From the IMG/VR virus record IMGVR_UViG_3300042904_000196, positions 1 through 64,000 of that record: DNA of 64,000 nucleotides; one strand, given 5' to 3'. The notes below the pieces were generated by a model. The model had not been told where the DNA came from. It ran no database searches and saw only the letters and a list, made by a program, of their open reading frames with translations. Below are positions 38,664 through 47,654 of the stretch, piece after piece. The translations under genes and the position numbers were made by a program. Within the stretch, counting starts at the first letter, position 1; every line of letters begins with the position of its first letter. Origin of the DNA: a virus.

Positions 38664-41018
38664 ATGTTCTATATCGACACTGAGACATGTGGCTTGACTG
38701 GTCCATTAACTCTTTTACAATATGCTGAGAATGATTCCGAAATCAAATTGCATGATGCTTGGAAACAGCCTGTAGGCGATACCGTTGACCTCTTGGATGC
38801 TATTGCTAAGGAAGATGTTTGCGGGTTCAATCTAGCCTTCGATTGGTTCCAAATTAGTAAGCTTCGCAATATCTTCGATATGGTTCCAAGGGACTGGATA
38901 CCTGAAGACCATATCGAGGAAATCGCTTTGCTTGAGCCCGAGGCCCGGACACGCTTATGTATAAAGCCTAAGCGTGCCCTAGATTTGATGCTTGTTGCTC
39001 GTAAGGGCAAGTATCAATCGCTCATGGATCGCAAAGACATCCGTATCCGCAAAGTGCCAACTGTTTTAGCGTATAAGCTGGCCGAGGAACTTGAGAACCG
39101 TATTGAAATTGACGATGTCTACTTTTCACGTAGGAAGGATAAGTTCGCACCTAAGTGGAAAGTCTATGATATCGTTCGCAAGGGAATCATTGATCCTAAT
39201 TTCAAAGACGTTGTTCTCAAATTCGCTGCCTCGGGCTCATTGAAGAATCTAGCTGTTCATGCTGGCATTGCTGATCCTAACTCGCTCTTGCGTTGGGGCG
39301 ATGTTGGCTGTAAAGAATACCCTGTTGAATGTGGCTGGGCACCCTTTGCTTTGGCTATAGGAAAACCCGGCAACTGGAAAGGAGCATGGCCTGATGTTAT
39401 CCGTAAGCATATTAGCTACTGGGCCTACAATCCCATCGGCCGCCGCTACGCCGAAGATGACGTTAAGAATACCCGCGGGCTCTACTATCACCTCGATAAG
39501 CCTGAGCCGGGGGATAATGATTCGGAACTCGCCTGCATGGTCGGTGCTGTGCGGTGGCGAGGGTTCAAGATTAATCTTGAAGGCATCAAAGAGCTTCGAG
39601 CCAACGCCTTCAAGAAATCCCGAACGGCCCCCAAAGATCCCCGACGTGTTTTAGACTACCTTACAGCCGTCATGGATGATACGGAACAGCTTGCCCTCTT
39701 AGGCAGGGATGGTAAAACGTCCACCAAAAAGCCTATGCTTGAGGCTATCTCAAGATGGGAAGATGATTCCGGAATCATTCACCCTGCCGCTGTAAGGGCC
39801 AAGGAGGTTTTGAATGCTCGCGGTGGTAAGAAAGAAGTTGAACTGTACGACAAGCTCTTACAAGCTGGTCGATTCCATGCCAGCTTCGTGGTGATTGGTG
39901 CATTGTCTGGTCGTATGTCCGGCTCCGATGGACTTAATCCTCAAGGAATTAACCATTCCAAAGAGGTTAGACGGATGTTCGACTTAGCCGACGATGATAT
40001 GCAACTCAGTGGTGGTGACTTCGATTCGTTCGAGGTTGTTCTTGCGGAAGCCGTCTACCACGACGAAAATCTGCGTAAGGATCTTACTGAGTGGCACGTA
40101 TGCGAAATGTGTAATGGCAACGGACATGTTGCACCCTACAAGAATAAAAAAGGTAAAGAGTCTACACTTTGCCCTGTTTGTTCCGAGGAAGGAAAACCCA
40201 ATGAATATCTTGGTAAGTACCAGAAAAAGATTCACGCCCTTTTTGCTATGGAGCTATTCCCCGGCAAGACGTATCAGGATATCATGCTTTCCAAGGGCTC
40301 AGATTTCGATATGTACACCAAGGGAAAACAAGGCGTGTTTTCCCAAATCTATGGCGGTGATGAAAACACCATCGAGCAAAAGCTTGGCGTGGACATTGAA
40401 GTCGCGAGGGGTGCTTGTCAACGTTTCCAAGCGAAGTACGAGGGTGTGCGAGTTGCCCGCCTTAGGATTTTCGATATGTTCTGTTCGATGCGACAGCCCA
40501 AGGGTTTGGGAACAGAAATCACTTGGCGTGAACCTTCAGACTATATCGAGTCGATAACCGGTTTCAAGAGGTACTTTACGCTTGAAAACAAAATCTGTCG
40601 GGCACTGTTTGATCTTAGTCAGAAACCTCCTAAGGAGTGGCGAAGCATTCCCTTGAAGGTGGTTCGCCGCGAAAAGATGCAAACAGTTTCCGGTGCTTTG
40701 CAGAGTGCCCTTTATGGTGCTGCGTTCCAGATTCAGGCCGCGAACATGCGTGCAGGTGCCAACCATGAAATCCAAGCTTCAGGGGCTGCCATCACAAAGC
40801 ATGTTCAACGCCGAGTCTGGGACCACCAGCCATATGGCACAGGTAAATGGCTTGTTGTGCCGTTCAATGTCCACGATGAAGTATTGGCTCCTTGCCTTTC
40901 AAGCATCGCTGAAGACATTAAGCGGACTGTTAATGAAACTGTTGAATCTTATCGGGAAAAGGTTCCGCTCATCAAAATGGAGTGGAATACATCACTCCGA
41001 AATTGGGCGGACAAATAA
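38664..41018 (+). CDS. polA: family A DNA polymerase with 3'-5' exonuclease domain
   Basis: IDTETCG, FNLAFD, YAEDD, SGRMSG..LNPQ, GDFDSFEV (motif A), KQGVFSQIYGG (motif B), NVHDEV (motif C). Confidence 0.92.
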   Translation: MFYIDTETCGLTGPLTLLQYAENDSEIKLHDAWKQPVGDTVDLLDAIAKEDVCGFNLAFDWFQISKLRNIFDMVPRDWIPEDHIEEIALLEPEARTRLCIKPKRALDLMLVARKGKYQSLMDRKDIRIRKVPTVLAYKLAEELENRIEIDDVYFSRRKDKFAPKWKVYDIVRKGIIDPNFKDVVLKFAASGSLKNLAVHAGIADPNSLLRWGDVGCKEYPVECGWAPFALAIGKPGNWKGAWPDVIRKHISYWAYNPIGRRYAEDDVKNTRGLYYHLDKPEPGDNDSELACMVGAVRWRGFKINLEGIKELRANAFKKSRTAPKDPRRVLDYLTAVMDDTEQLALLGRDGKTSTKKPMLEAISRWEDDSGIIHPAAVRAKEVLNARGGKKEVELYDKLLQAGRFHASFVVIGALSGRMSGSDGLNPQGINHSKEVRRMFDLADDDMQLSGGDFDSFEVVLAEAVYHDENLRKDLTEWHVCEMCNGNGHVAPYKNKKGKESTLCPVCSEEGKPNEYLGKYQKKIHALFAMELFPGKTYQDIMLSKGSDFDMYTKGKQGVFSQIYGGDENTIEQKLGVDIEVARGACQRFQAKYEGVRVARLRIFDMFCSMRQPKGLGTEITWREPSDYIESITGFKRYFTLENKICRALFDLSQKPPKEWRSIPLKVVRREKMQTVSGALQSALYGAAFQIQAANMRAGANHEIQASGAAITKHVQRRVWDHQPYGTGKWLVVPFNVHDEVLAPCLSSIAEDIKRTVNETVESYREKVPLIKMEWNTSLRNWADK

Positions 41019-41242
41019 TGGACCCGAACCAACTCAATATGCAAATGCTGACTGAACTGGTAAATACACTCTGTGTAGTGTCGTTAAATAGGTCTTTAAC
41101 AACAAGAGAAGTAACGTTACGTAACCAAGCCAATGTGACGTTACAGAAATACTTCCGCGTGCTGGAGCTACATCTTGATGCAGCCCTTGAGCAGCTTACA
41201 AAAGACCCTCCACCAGAAAATCCTCAACCTCCGAAAGATTGA
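41018..41242 (+). CDS. hypothetical protein
   Basis: TAATG-coupled to the polymerase stop. Confidence 0.5.
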   Translation: MDPNQLNMQMLTELVNTLCVVSLNRSLTTREVTLRNQANVTLQKYFRVLELHLDAALEQLTKDPPPENPQPPKD

Positions 41243-41498
41243 GTGGTTTGTGAAGGGTGAGATGTTTTCACGGGCTTATGTTGTTTCACCGGAAACGTTA
41301 ACAAGCCTTGTGGAACAAGGTGACTTTAGGGCCTTGGAAAAGCTGTGCCGCGAGATTCTGAAAGACGACCTAGGTACAAAATCTAGGGATCATCTTTTGT
41401 TTCTCGCGGCACGTGCGTCGGTGCCCAACTATACTCGCTTGACGAAAGAAAAACTTATCGAAGCCATAAGGAGGTCGCGTGATAAAAGTAGCGGATAA
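41175..41498 (+). CDS. hypothetical protein with a Rho-N-like C-terminal motif
   Basis: VPNYTRLTKEKLIEAI; start uncertain. Confidence 0.45.
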   Translation: MMQPLSSLQKTLHQKILNLRKIEWFVKGEMFSRAYVVSPETLTSLVEQGDFRALEKLCREILKDDLGTKSRDHLLFLAARASVPNYTRLTKEKLIEAIRRSRDKSSG

Positions 41499-41880
41499 CA
41501 GGAAAGTATTACGGAGTCAAATCACTGAAATCATGGCTGAGTACAAGCCGATCCTCATGGTTGCAGGCGTCGTTGAAAGTGCCGCTACAATCTTAGAGAA
41601 GAAATACGAAGAAAAGATTCCGGAATCATTTTTCTTGGATGCCTTGAAATATTTGACCAAGATACGCCCTACCATTCTTGAAATGAAGCGTATCTATGAA
41701 CTGTGTCCACCAAGGTTTTGGACAGGTATGAAAGTTCTCGGAATCACTAATCACCGAGAACAGATTCTTTACCGTAAGCAAGCCTCGCTCTTACAGAGAA
41801 CGTGGTCGCTTAGGCCGATTCTTTTGAAACGCAAACAGGTACCACTACCCAAACCTAAAAAGGATGAAGATGTCGAGTAA
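41479..41880 (+). CDS. hypothetical protein
   Basis: AGGAGG RBS, GTG start. Confidence 0.55.
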   Translation: MIKVADNRKVLRSQITEIMAEYKPILMVAGVVESAATILEKKYEEKIPESFFLDALKYLTKIRPTILEMKRIYELCPPRFWTGMKVLGITNHREQILYRKQASLLQRTWSLRPILLKRKQVPLPKPKKDEDVE

Positions 41881-42193
41881 AGAGGTTCTTAACCGTCAGA
41901 TTCAGGAAACGCAAGGTGTTATGGCCCGCCTGCTGGCGGATACCACAAACATTGGGCGAGCACACAATCAGCTTGTAACGGTTGTGCAACAGATGGTGCA
42001 CATGGTTAACACGATGAATGATGCTGTAATCATTCTGAAGAAAAAGGGTCTTATCAATGACGACGACATCCGTGAAATCCGTTCTCCCAAACCAGAAAGC
42101 CCTGAACCAAATGTTCAACCGGCACAAGCTCAGCCTGAGGGAGTGGAAGCACAAAGTGCTGATCGAGGTGCAAAACAAATCGTACTATCGTGA
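41864..42193 (+). CDS. hypothetical coiled-coil protein
   Basis: Operon-like overlap with the previous gene. Confidence 0.5.
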   Translation: MKMSSKEVLNRQIQETQGVMARLLADTTNIGRAHNQLVTVVQQMVHMVNTMNDAVIILKKKGLINDDDIREIRSPKPESPEPNVQPAQAQPEGVEAQSADRGAKQIVLS

Positions 42194-42276
42194 AGCAGCC
42201 ATCCTTGCCATTAAGGAAGGTGATATTGAGTATGCCATTAGATGCCTCGGGCTTCTCACGTTAATGGAGGATCAGA

Positions 42277-42645
42277 ATGGAACCATTTAAGCCTCGCCAT
42301 GGTGGAGGTAATGGTCCCGAGAGCATCATAGAGGCTCAGATACGGGACATGCTCCATCGCCGGGGTTGGCACACCGAGAAGCTGCACGGTAATAAGTACC
42401 AGCACGGGTTGCCTGATTTGCTCTGTGGTGCCAAAGGCCACGGATTACGTTTGATTGAAGTGAAAGACCCGAGACGTAAGGGTGAACCGTTTACGAAAGC
42501 ACAGTTAGCTAAGTTCCCTAAGCTAAGTGCCCACGGTTTGCCAATACACGTTTTGACGGGTGCTTCAGATGATGATTATGCAAAATTGATGTCGCCAGAA
42601 AACTGGTACCACTTCCTAGCCGTTATGCGAGGTAGGTTTCTTTGA
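42277..42645 (+). CDS. VRR-NUC / PD-(D/E)xK nuclease
   Basis: ESIIE...GLPDLL...LIEVK...TKAQ; GGAGG RBS. Confidence 0.8.
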   Translation: MEPFKPRHGGGNGPESIIEAQIRDMLHRRGWHTEKLHGNKYQHGLPDLLCGAKGHGLRLIEVKDPRRKGEPFTKAQLAKFPKLSAHGLPIHVLTGASDDDYAKLMSPENWYHFLAVMRGRFL

Positions 42646-44594
42646 GTATAAATTGGTCGTTTGTTGAAGATTATCGTAATCGCAGCGTACCGTTCGGGGC
42701 TGTAGGTTATATCACATATAAGCGAACTTACGCTCGTATGACTGATTCCGGAATCACTGAAGAGTGGTGGCAGACCATCTACAGGTGCTTGAGAGGGCTT
42801 GTGGATGATCTGGACATGTACGTCACACAGGAAGACGTTGAGGAAATGTTCTACTACGTTTTCAACCTGAAGCTTTGCTTCTCAGGTAGAGCATTGTGGC
42901 AACTTGGAACAGAAACCGTTCGCAAGGTTGGTGCCGATAGCCTCCAGAATTGTTGGCTGGTGCCGATCAATGAACCCATCAGGCCATTTACGTTCACCAT
43001 GAATCAGCTTATGCTGGGTGGTGGTGTCGGTTTCAATATGACACCTGAGATGGTGTACAGCTTGCCTGTTATACGTTTTGATCCTGAAATCAAACGTGTC
43101 GATGAGGCTGACGTTGATTTCATTGTTCCCGATAACCGCGAAGGCTGGGTTAAGCTTTTGCATATGACGCTTGATGCTCACTATAACACGGGCAAAGGCT
43201 TCACGTACAGTACGATATGTGTCCGCCCCAAAGGGCAACGTATAAGCGGCTTTGGAGGTGTTGCGAGTGGCCCGGAAGAACTTGTCAAAGGTATCCATAA
43301 CATCTCTGCGATCCTTTCTAATCGCCAGAATGAGAAGCTACGACCCATCGATGCGTTGGACATCCAGAACATCATCGGTGGAATCGTCGTCGCAGGAAAT
43401 GTCCGGCGATCAGCCGAAATCGCCATCGGATCACCGCAGGATACTGCGTTCCTGAACTCGAAGGCATGGGGCCGGAAAGGTATGCGAGTACCTAACTGGC
43501 GAGCCATGAGCAATAATACAGTTTCGACCGACGACCTCCGGGAGCTACCTCCAATATTCTGGGAAAATTACACCGAACGTGATGCCAAAGGTGACAGTGT
43601 TTCGGAGTGCTTCGGGTTATTCAATCAATACAACGCTCGACGCTACGGGCGGATCATAGACGGGGAGGATTATCGCCCCGATCCTAGGGTCATTGGTATG
43701 AACCCCTGCGGTGAAATTACTCTTGAGGCATATGAGGCTTGTAATCTTGCAGAGATTTTCTTGCCCAACATTGCCAACGAGGAAGAATTCACCGCGGCTG
43801 CCCGGTTGTGCCTTATGTTCACGAAGACCATCAGCAAATATCCCTTTTCTGATTCCAGAGTCAATGAGGTCGTTTCCAATAACCATCGGCTCGGTATCAG
43901 TGTTACAGGCTTTTTGCAGGCCATGCACCTGAAGAATGAAACCATCTTCAATAATGTGTATCGTTCTCTCGAAGAGTTCGACGAAACATATAGCCGACAG
44001 ATCGGTGTTAAGCGTTCCATCAAAATGACCACCGTTAAGCCTTCAGGCACGCTTAGCCTGTTGCCGGGTGTAACGCCCGGAGTGCATCCCGCATTCGCTA
44101 AGCACTACATTCGGCGTATCCGGTTTGCTTCGGATGATCCTTTGGTAGCCATGTGCGAGTCGCACGGGTTCCCGGCTGAACCAGCCATTAACTACGATGG
44201 TTCTAAGGATTGGACCACCATGGTTGTTTCGTTCGTGGATAAGTCGCCCGCACTAACGGCCCATGAAATTAGTGCCGTGAAACAGCTTGAGTACCAGAAG
44301 TGGCTACAGACGTATTGGGCCGATAACAGTGTTTCCTGTACGGTCTACTTCAAGGATGAGGAATTGCCGGCAATTAGACACTGGCTGGGCAAGAACTATA
44401 ACGAGAACATGAAATCCACCTCCATGCTTCGGCACACAGGCCATGGATTCGTTCAAGCACCGTATGAAGAAATCACCGAAGACACTTACAACGGTATTAA
44501 GGCGGCCACGAAGCCGATCACACGGATCATCGATACGAAACTCCGTGACCTGAATATGGTTGAGTGTGCTGGCGGTGCGTGTCCTATCAAGTAA
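42642..44594 (+). CDS. nrdJ: class II (adenosylcobalamin-dependent) ribonucleotide reductase
   Basis: KRTYAR, SGRALWQLG, QNCW, LMLGGGVG, VAGNVRRSA, NPCGE, TTVKPSGT, C-terminal CAGGACPIK. Confidence 0.92.
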   Translation: MSINWSFVEDYRNRSVPFGAVGYITYKRTYARMTDSGITEEWWQTIYRCLRGLVDDLDMYVTQEDVEEMFYYVFNLKLCFSGRALWQLGTETVRKVGADSLQNCWLVPINEPIRPFTFTMNQLMLGGGVGFNMTPEMVYSLPVIRFDPEIKRVDEADVDFIVPDNREGWVKLLHMTLDAHYNTGKGFTYSTICVRPKGQRISGFGGVASGPEELVKGIHNISAILSNRQNEKLRPIDALDIQNIIGGIVVAGNVRRSAEIAIGSPQDTAFLNSKAWGRKGMRVPNWRAMSNNTVSTDDLRELPPIFWENYTERDAKGDSVSECFGLFNQYNARRYGRIIDGEDYRPDPRVIGMNPCGEITLEAYEACNLAEIFLPNIANEEEFTAAARLCLMFTKTISKYPFSDSRVNEVVSNNHRLGISVTGFLQAMHLKNETIFNNVYRSLEEFDETYSRQIGVKRSIKMTTVKPSGTLSLLPGVTPGVHPAFAKHYIRRIRFASDDPLVAMCESHGFPAEPAINYDGSKDWTTMVVSFVDKSPALTAHEISAVKQLEYQKWLQTYWADNSVSCTVYFKDEELPAIRHWLGKNYNENMKSTSMLRHTGHGFVQAPYEEITEDTYNGIKAATKPITRIIDTKLRDLNMVECAGGACPIK

Positions 44595-44600
44595 CCCTGC

Positions 44601-44636
44601 GGGCCATCTGATTCCGGAATCAGGTGGCCCTTTTTT
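44601..44636 (+). terminator. intrinsic terminator whose stem-loop core is the exact palindrome
   Basis: GGGCCATC-TGATTCCGGAATCA-GGTGGCCC followed by TTTTTT. Confidence 0.8.
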
Positions 44637-44648
44637 CTGGAGAAATAC

Positions 44649-45290
44649 ATGCGTGTAGTAACGGGATGCAACCACAAGCTTGAATGGCTGCTCGATCCAT
44701 GGATATTCTTTTTTAGGAAGTTCAACCCAACCATGCCTTTTACATTTGCTGACTTTGGCCTCACCATTGAAGGAAAGGAAAAGGTCGAGGCAGCGGGTGG
44801 CGTTATCGTGAATCCCGGTGCCCCTAAGGGTACCCACGTGTATGACCTGCTTATGCTGAAGCCTGTAGCCATGCTTATGATACCGGGTGATAGTGGCCTG
44901 TGGCTGGACATTGATGCACAGGTCCATGGGGACGTTAGTGCTTATGACAAGTTCAAGTTTGCTGCACAACTCAACACAGGCACGTGGAACAGCGGCATAT
45001 TCAAGTACGTTAAGCATCCCGTGATGGATCTGTGGGCAAACCTTAACCGTAAGGATGGTGAGCACGATGAGCATGTCTTCCTCCGAGCAACCAAGCAGCA
45101 CCCCGTGTACGTGCACAGACTTAACTGGCGATGGGCGGGTAATTGGAAGAACATCCACCGAAATGGATCGCTTTGCACGCATTGGCTCGGCAAATCAGGG
45201 AAGCTGTACTTCCGAAAGCTATATGATTCAGCCAAACAGGTGGTCGTGTATGCCGACAGCCCTAGCGATCCTACTGGGTTCAACATTTGA
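44649..45290 (+). CDS. GT-A-like glycosyltransferase/nucleotide-diphospho-sugar transferase
   Basis: ADFGL, LKP, LWLDID (DxD), WNSGI, DEHV, HW motifs. Confidence 0.55.
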   Translation: MRVVTGCNHKLEWLLDPWIFFFRKFNPTMPFTFADFGLTIEGKEKVEAAGGVIVNPGAPKGTHVYDLLMLKPVAMLMIPGDSGLWLDIDAQVHGDVSAYDKFKFAAQLNTGTWNSGIFKYVKHPVMDLWANLNRKDGEHDEHVFLRATKQHPVYVHRLNWRWAGNWKNIHRNGSLCTHWLGKSGKLYFRKLYDSAKQVVVYADSPSDPTGFNI

Positions 45291-45663
45291 TTCCGTAATC
45301 AAAGCTATCGGGCATGATGGTTCCGATATCGTCCAACCTGAACTGCCTGAGCCTGATGGCAGGCGTGGCTTCCACCCCCAAGAGCTGATTAAGGCTGCCT
45401 ACGATCATGGGTTCCACATGGTATGGGTTGAAGCCCAGCCAATATTCTTTCATGGTGGAAAGCTGATGCCGGTTAAGGTAGACCACCTGCATAGAGTGTT
45501 TGATAAGACCCGCGGAATCGTGCTCGCTATCCGTGACGGTAAGCGTCACGCCTTTGCCAAGATTGATTCTCGAATCATTAACCCCACATTTGGGAAGGTC
45601 TGGTCGCTTCACGACTGGACCATCGAACACTATCTGTATATGATTCCCGGCATCAAAACGTGA
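45223..45663 (+). CDS. C39-like cysteine peptidase fold protein
   Basis: ATG at 45223: MIQPNRWSCMPTALAILLG...HAFA...IINP (Q-C-H-D/N arrangement). Confidence 0.5.
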   Translation: MIQPNRWSCMPTALAILLGSTFDSVIKAIGHDGSDIVQPELPEPDGRRGFHPQELIKAAYDHGFHMVWVEAQPIFFHGGKLMPVKVDHLHRVFDKTRGIVLAIRDGKRHAFAKIDSRIINPTFGKVWSLHDWTIEHYLYMIPGIKT

Positions 45664-45836
45664 TTTTGCGGAATCGAATCAAATTCGACCATCAAAATAT
45701 TTTGGAAAGTGACTTGCGAAACCATATAGAAGGTGGTAACCTACTGGTGGGGAACGGAGCGGTGATTCGGGAATCAAATTTGATTCGATTCCTGAGTTAT
45801 TCGTTTTGATTCCCGGCATCAATGTTCTTTGACAAT
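45641..45836. promoter_or_regulatory. second control region, bracketed by inverted and direct repeats, with a boxA-like site
   Basis: TGATTCCCGGCATCAA direct repeats (45641, 45807); 16-bp perfect inverted repeat 45670-45685/45777-45792; TGTTCTTTGACAA at 45823-45835. Confidence 0.65.
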
Positions 45837-45859
45837 TGAGAGTAAGATTGGAACCGAAA

Positions 45860-46345
45860 CCTAGCCTAGGCTAGGATAGGGAAGTCCCCCATACCTGTGA
45901 TATGGTGGTAGAATGAGAATGAAAATCGCCGTGACCCGCAAGGTTGATTCCGGAATCATACCGTCGTGATGACGTTAATGAAGTCTGGAAAAGATACGGT
46001 TTGAAGTCATAAGTGCACCATGCAGTGATTGCTGGGAAGCACGCCAGATGGATAACACGTGGTAGCGAAAAGTAAAATGCTTCTATCGAGCCCTTGCACA
46101 GGATTGGAACAGGGATGCAACCTGATTCCGGAATCAACGTTAGTAACAGGTTTCAATCGAGTAACTAATCAAACGTGAAGTAAAGCGGTGTGACATGGCT
46201 TAACGAGCCCCCGGCAAACGCTGCACCCCGAAGGGTGGCACATTGTGATACACGTTTGGCTACCAAGGTAATGAGTAGCCTGAAGATGATGTTACGTTGT
46301 GAGCAACCCGTTGGGTTGTGTGTGGTTTGCAACCACAGATCGCAG
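45860..46345 (+). ncRNA. candidate long structured non-coding RNA (~500 nt)
   Basis: No convincing ORF; nested helices with G-U pairs (46102-46110/46150-46158, 46170-46177/46251-46258, 46185-46191/46218-46224, 46258-46263/46275-46280, 46304-46318, 46321-46337). Confidence 0.5.
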
Positions 46346-46366
46346 AATTTGATTCGCAGAATCAAA

Positions 46367-46434
46367 GAGCACGTAGTTCTCGGAGATAACTCCCCTAACG
46401 GGGAACGGTGCGGGTTCGACTCCCGCCGTGTTCT
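46367..46434 (+). tRNA. tRNA-like element with a non-canonical 4-nt anticodon loop
   Basis: Acceptor GAGCACG/CGTGTTC; canonical T-arm GCGGG-TTCGACT-CCCGC; short D-arm; anticodon arm TCCCC-TAAC-GGGGA; no encoded CCA. Confidence 0.6.
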
Positions 46435-46460
46435 TTTCCCTCTTTTTAATGGAGATTATT

Positions 46461-46658
46461 ATGCTTAAGCAATGTCCGGTATGTAAGGAACTAGTGTCCT
46501 ACCTCCAGCCGATCCATGATGCTCGTGGCATCTACGTTGACTGCACATGCGGTAGTGAGGCGTGTGAGAAGGCGATCATGTCCAAATACCGTTCAGATAT
46601 TTTCATTGATGCCAACTATGAAACAGACGAACAGATAGACGAAGACCGACCCTTTTAA
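46461..46658 (+). CDS. small Zn-binding hypothetical protein
   Basis: GGAG RBS; CPVC...HDARGIY..CTC...C. Confidence 0.55.
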   Translation: MLKQCPVCKELVSYLQPIHDARGIYVDCTCGSEACEKAIMSKYRSDIFIDANYETDEQIDEDRPF

Positions 46659-46667
46659 GGAGTCCAC

Positions 46668-47537
46668 ATGTATTTGATGGAACCGTATGATGATGCCCTT
46701 GCTAAGATTCTTACTGAAGGAGTAATAACACCCACCAGAGCCGGACCGACACTTATGATTCCGGGAATCAGTTGCACCTATGACCTAAGCACGGGTCACC
46801 TGCCGTTGCTAACGGGCCGGAAGATGTTTCCCAAGTCAGTGTTCGCGGAACTGCTTTGGTTCCTCTCGGGCAGCACCATGAATCAGGCCCTTGAAGCCTT
46901 GGGCTGCAAGTTTTGGGGCCGGTGGTGCAACGAAGAGGACCCACGGTACATTGCCTTATGTAAGAGGTACGGGTATCCCAACGGCGACTTTGGCCCCATC
47001 TACGGGTTTCAGTTGCGTCACTTCGGTGCCACGTATGTCAACGGTTTGAGCAACTACCACGGGCAAGGCTTCGACCAGTTGATCTACATGCTGGACCTCC
47101 TTGAACATGATCCGCATAGTAGGCGGAACCTGTTCAGCTTGTGGAATCCCGCACAGTTACCCATGATGGCGTTGCCGCCGTGCCACTACACCTATCAGGT
47201 GTTGGTGGACGGGAACAAGACCTTGCATGGTGTGCTGACGCAACGCAGTTGTGACTTCCCGGTGGGTGTGCCTGCTAATGTGCAGTTCTATAGCACCTTG
47301 ACACGCCTCTTTGCCCGCCATGTTGGGTACAAGGTTGGCACCTTCACCCACAACACCGTGGATGCTCACATTTACGTGAATCAGGTGGACGCCGTGGAAG
47401 AGTACCTTGCAAGGCCCAAGCCCGGTTCGCCGTTCTTTGACCTTGGCAATGATAAGTTCTTCGGTACGACCATGGACAATTTTCAGGTGTTTGACTACAA
47501 CCCCGAACCCGTCATTGTGATGCCGGTATCAATTTGA
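46668..47537 (+). CDS. thyA: thymidylate synthase
   Basis: ELLWFLSG, GPIYGFQLRHFG, SRR, LPPCH, QRSCD, GVPAN, DAHIYVNQ. Confidence 0.95.
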   Translation: MYLMEPYDDALAKILTEGVITPTRAGPTLMIPGISCTYDLSTGHLPLLTGRKMFPKSVFAELLWFLSGSTMNQALEALGCKFWGRWCNEEDPRYIALCKRYGYPNGDFGPIYGFQLRHFGATYVNGLSNYHGQGFDQLIYMLDLLEHDPHSRRNLFSLWNPAQLPMMALPPCHYTYQVLVDGNKTLHGVLTQRSCDFPVGVPANVQFYSTLTRLFARHVGYKVGTFTHNTVDAHIYVNQVDAVEEYLARPKPGSPFFDLGNDKFFGTTMDNFQVFDYNPEPVIVMPVSI

Positions 47538-47654
47538 ACCAGTCAGAGGGAACGACGCGCCCCCGTTAGGGCCGGGTAGAAAACGTCCCGGGTAATAGAG
47601 AGATGCGGGCCCTCTGACCTTTTTTACTGTCTTTTTACTGTTTCTTTTTAAGGA

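Noticed and set aside
38664-44594. Inteins or introns in polA and nrdJ
   Set aside because: The ORFs are continuous, of normal length, and lack splicing or homing-endonuclease motifs.
45860-46434. tmRNA
   Set aside because: The acceptor stem of the tRNA-like part pairs locally (46367/46427) rather than with a distant 5' end, and no tag peptide or CCA end is evident.
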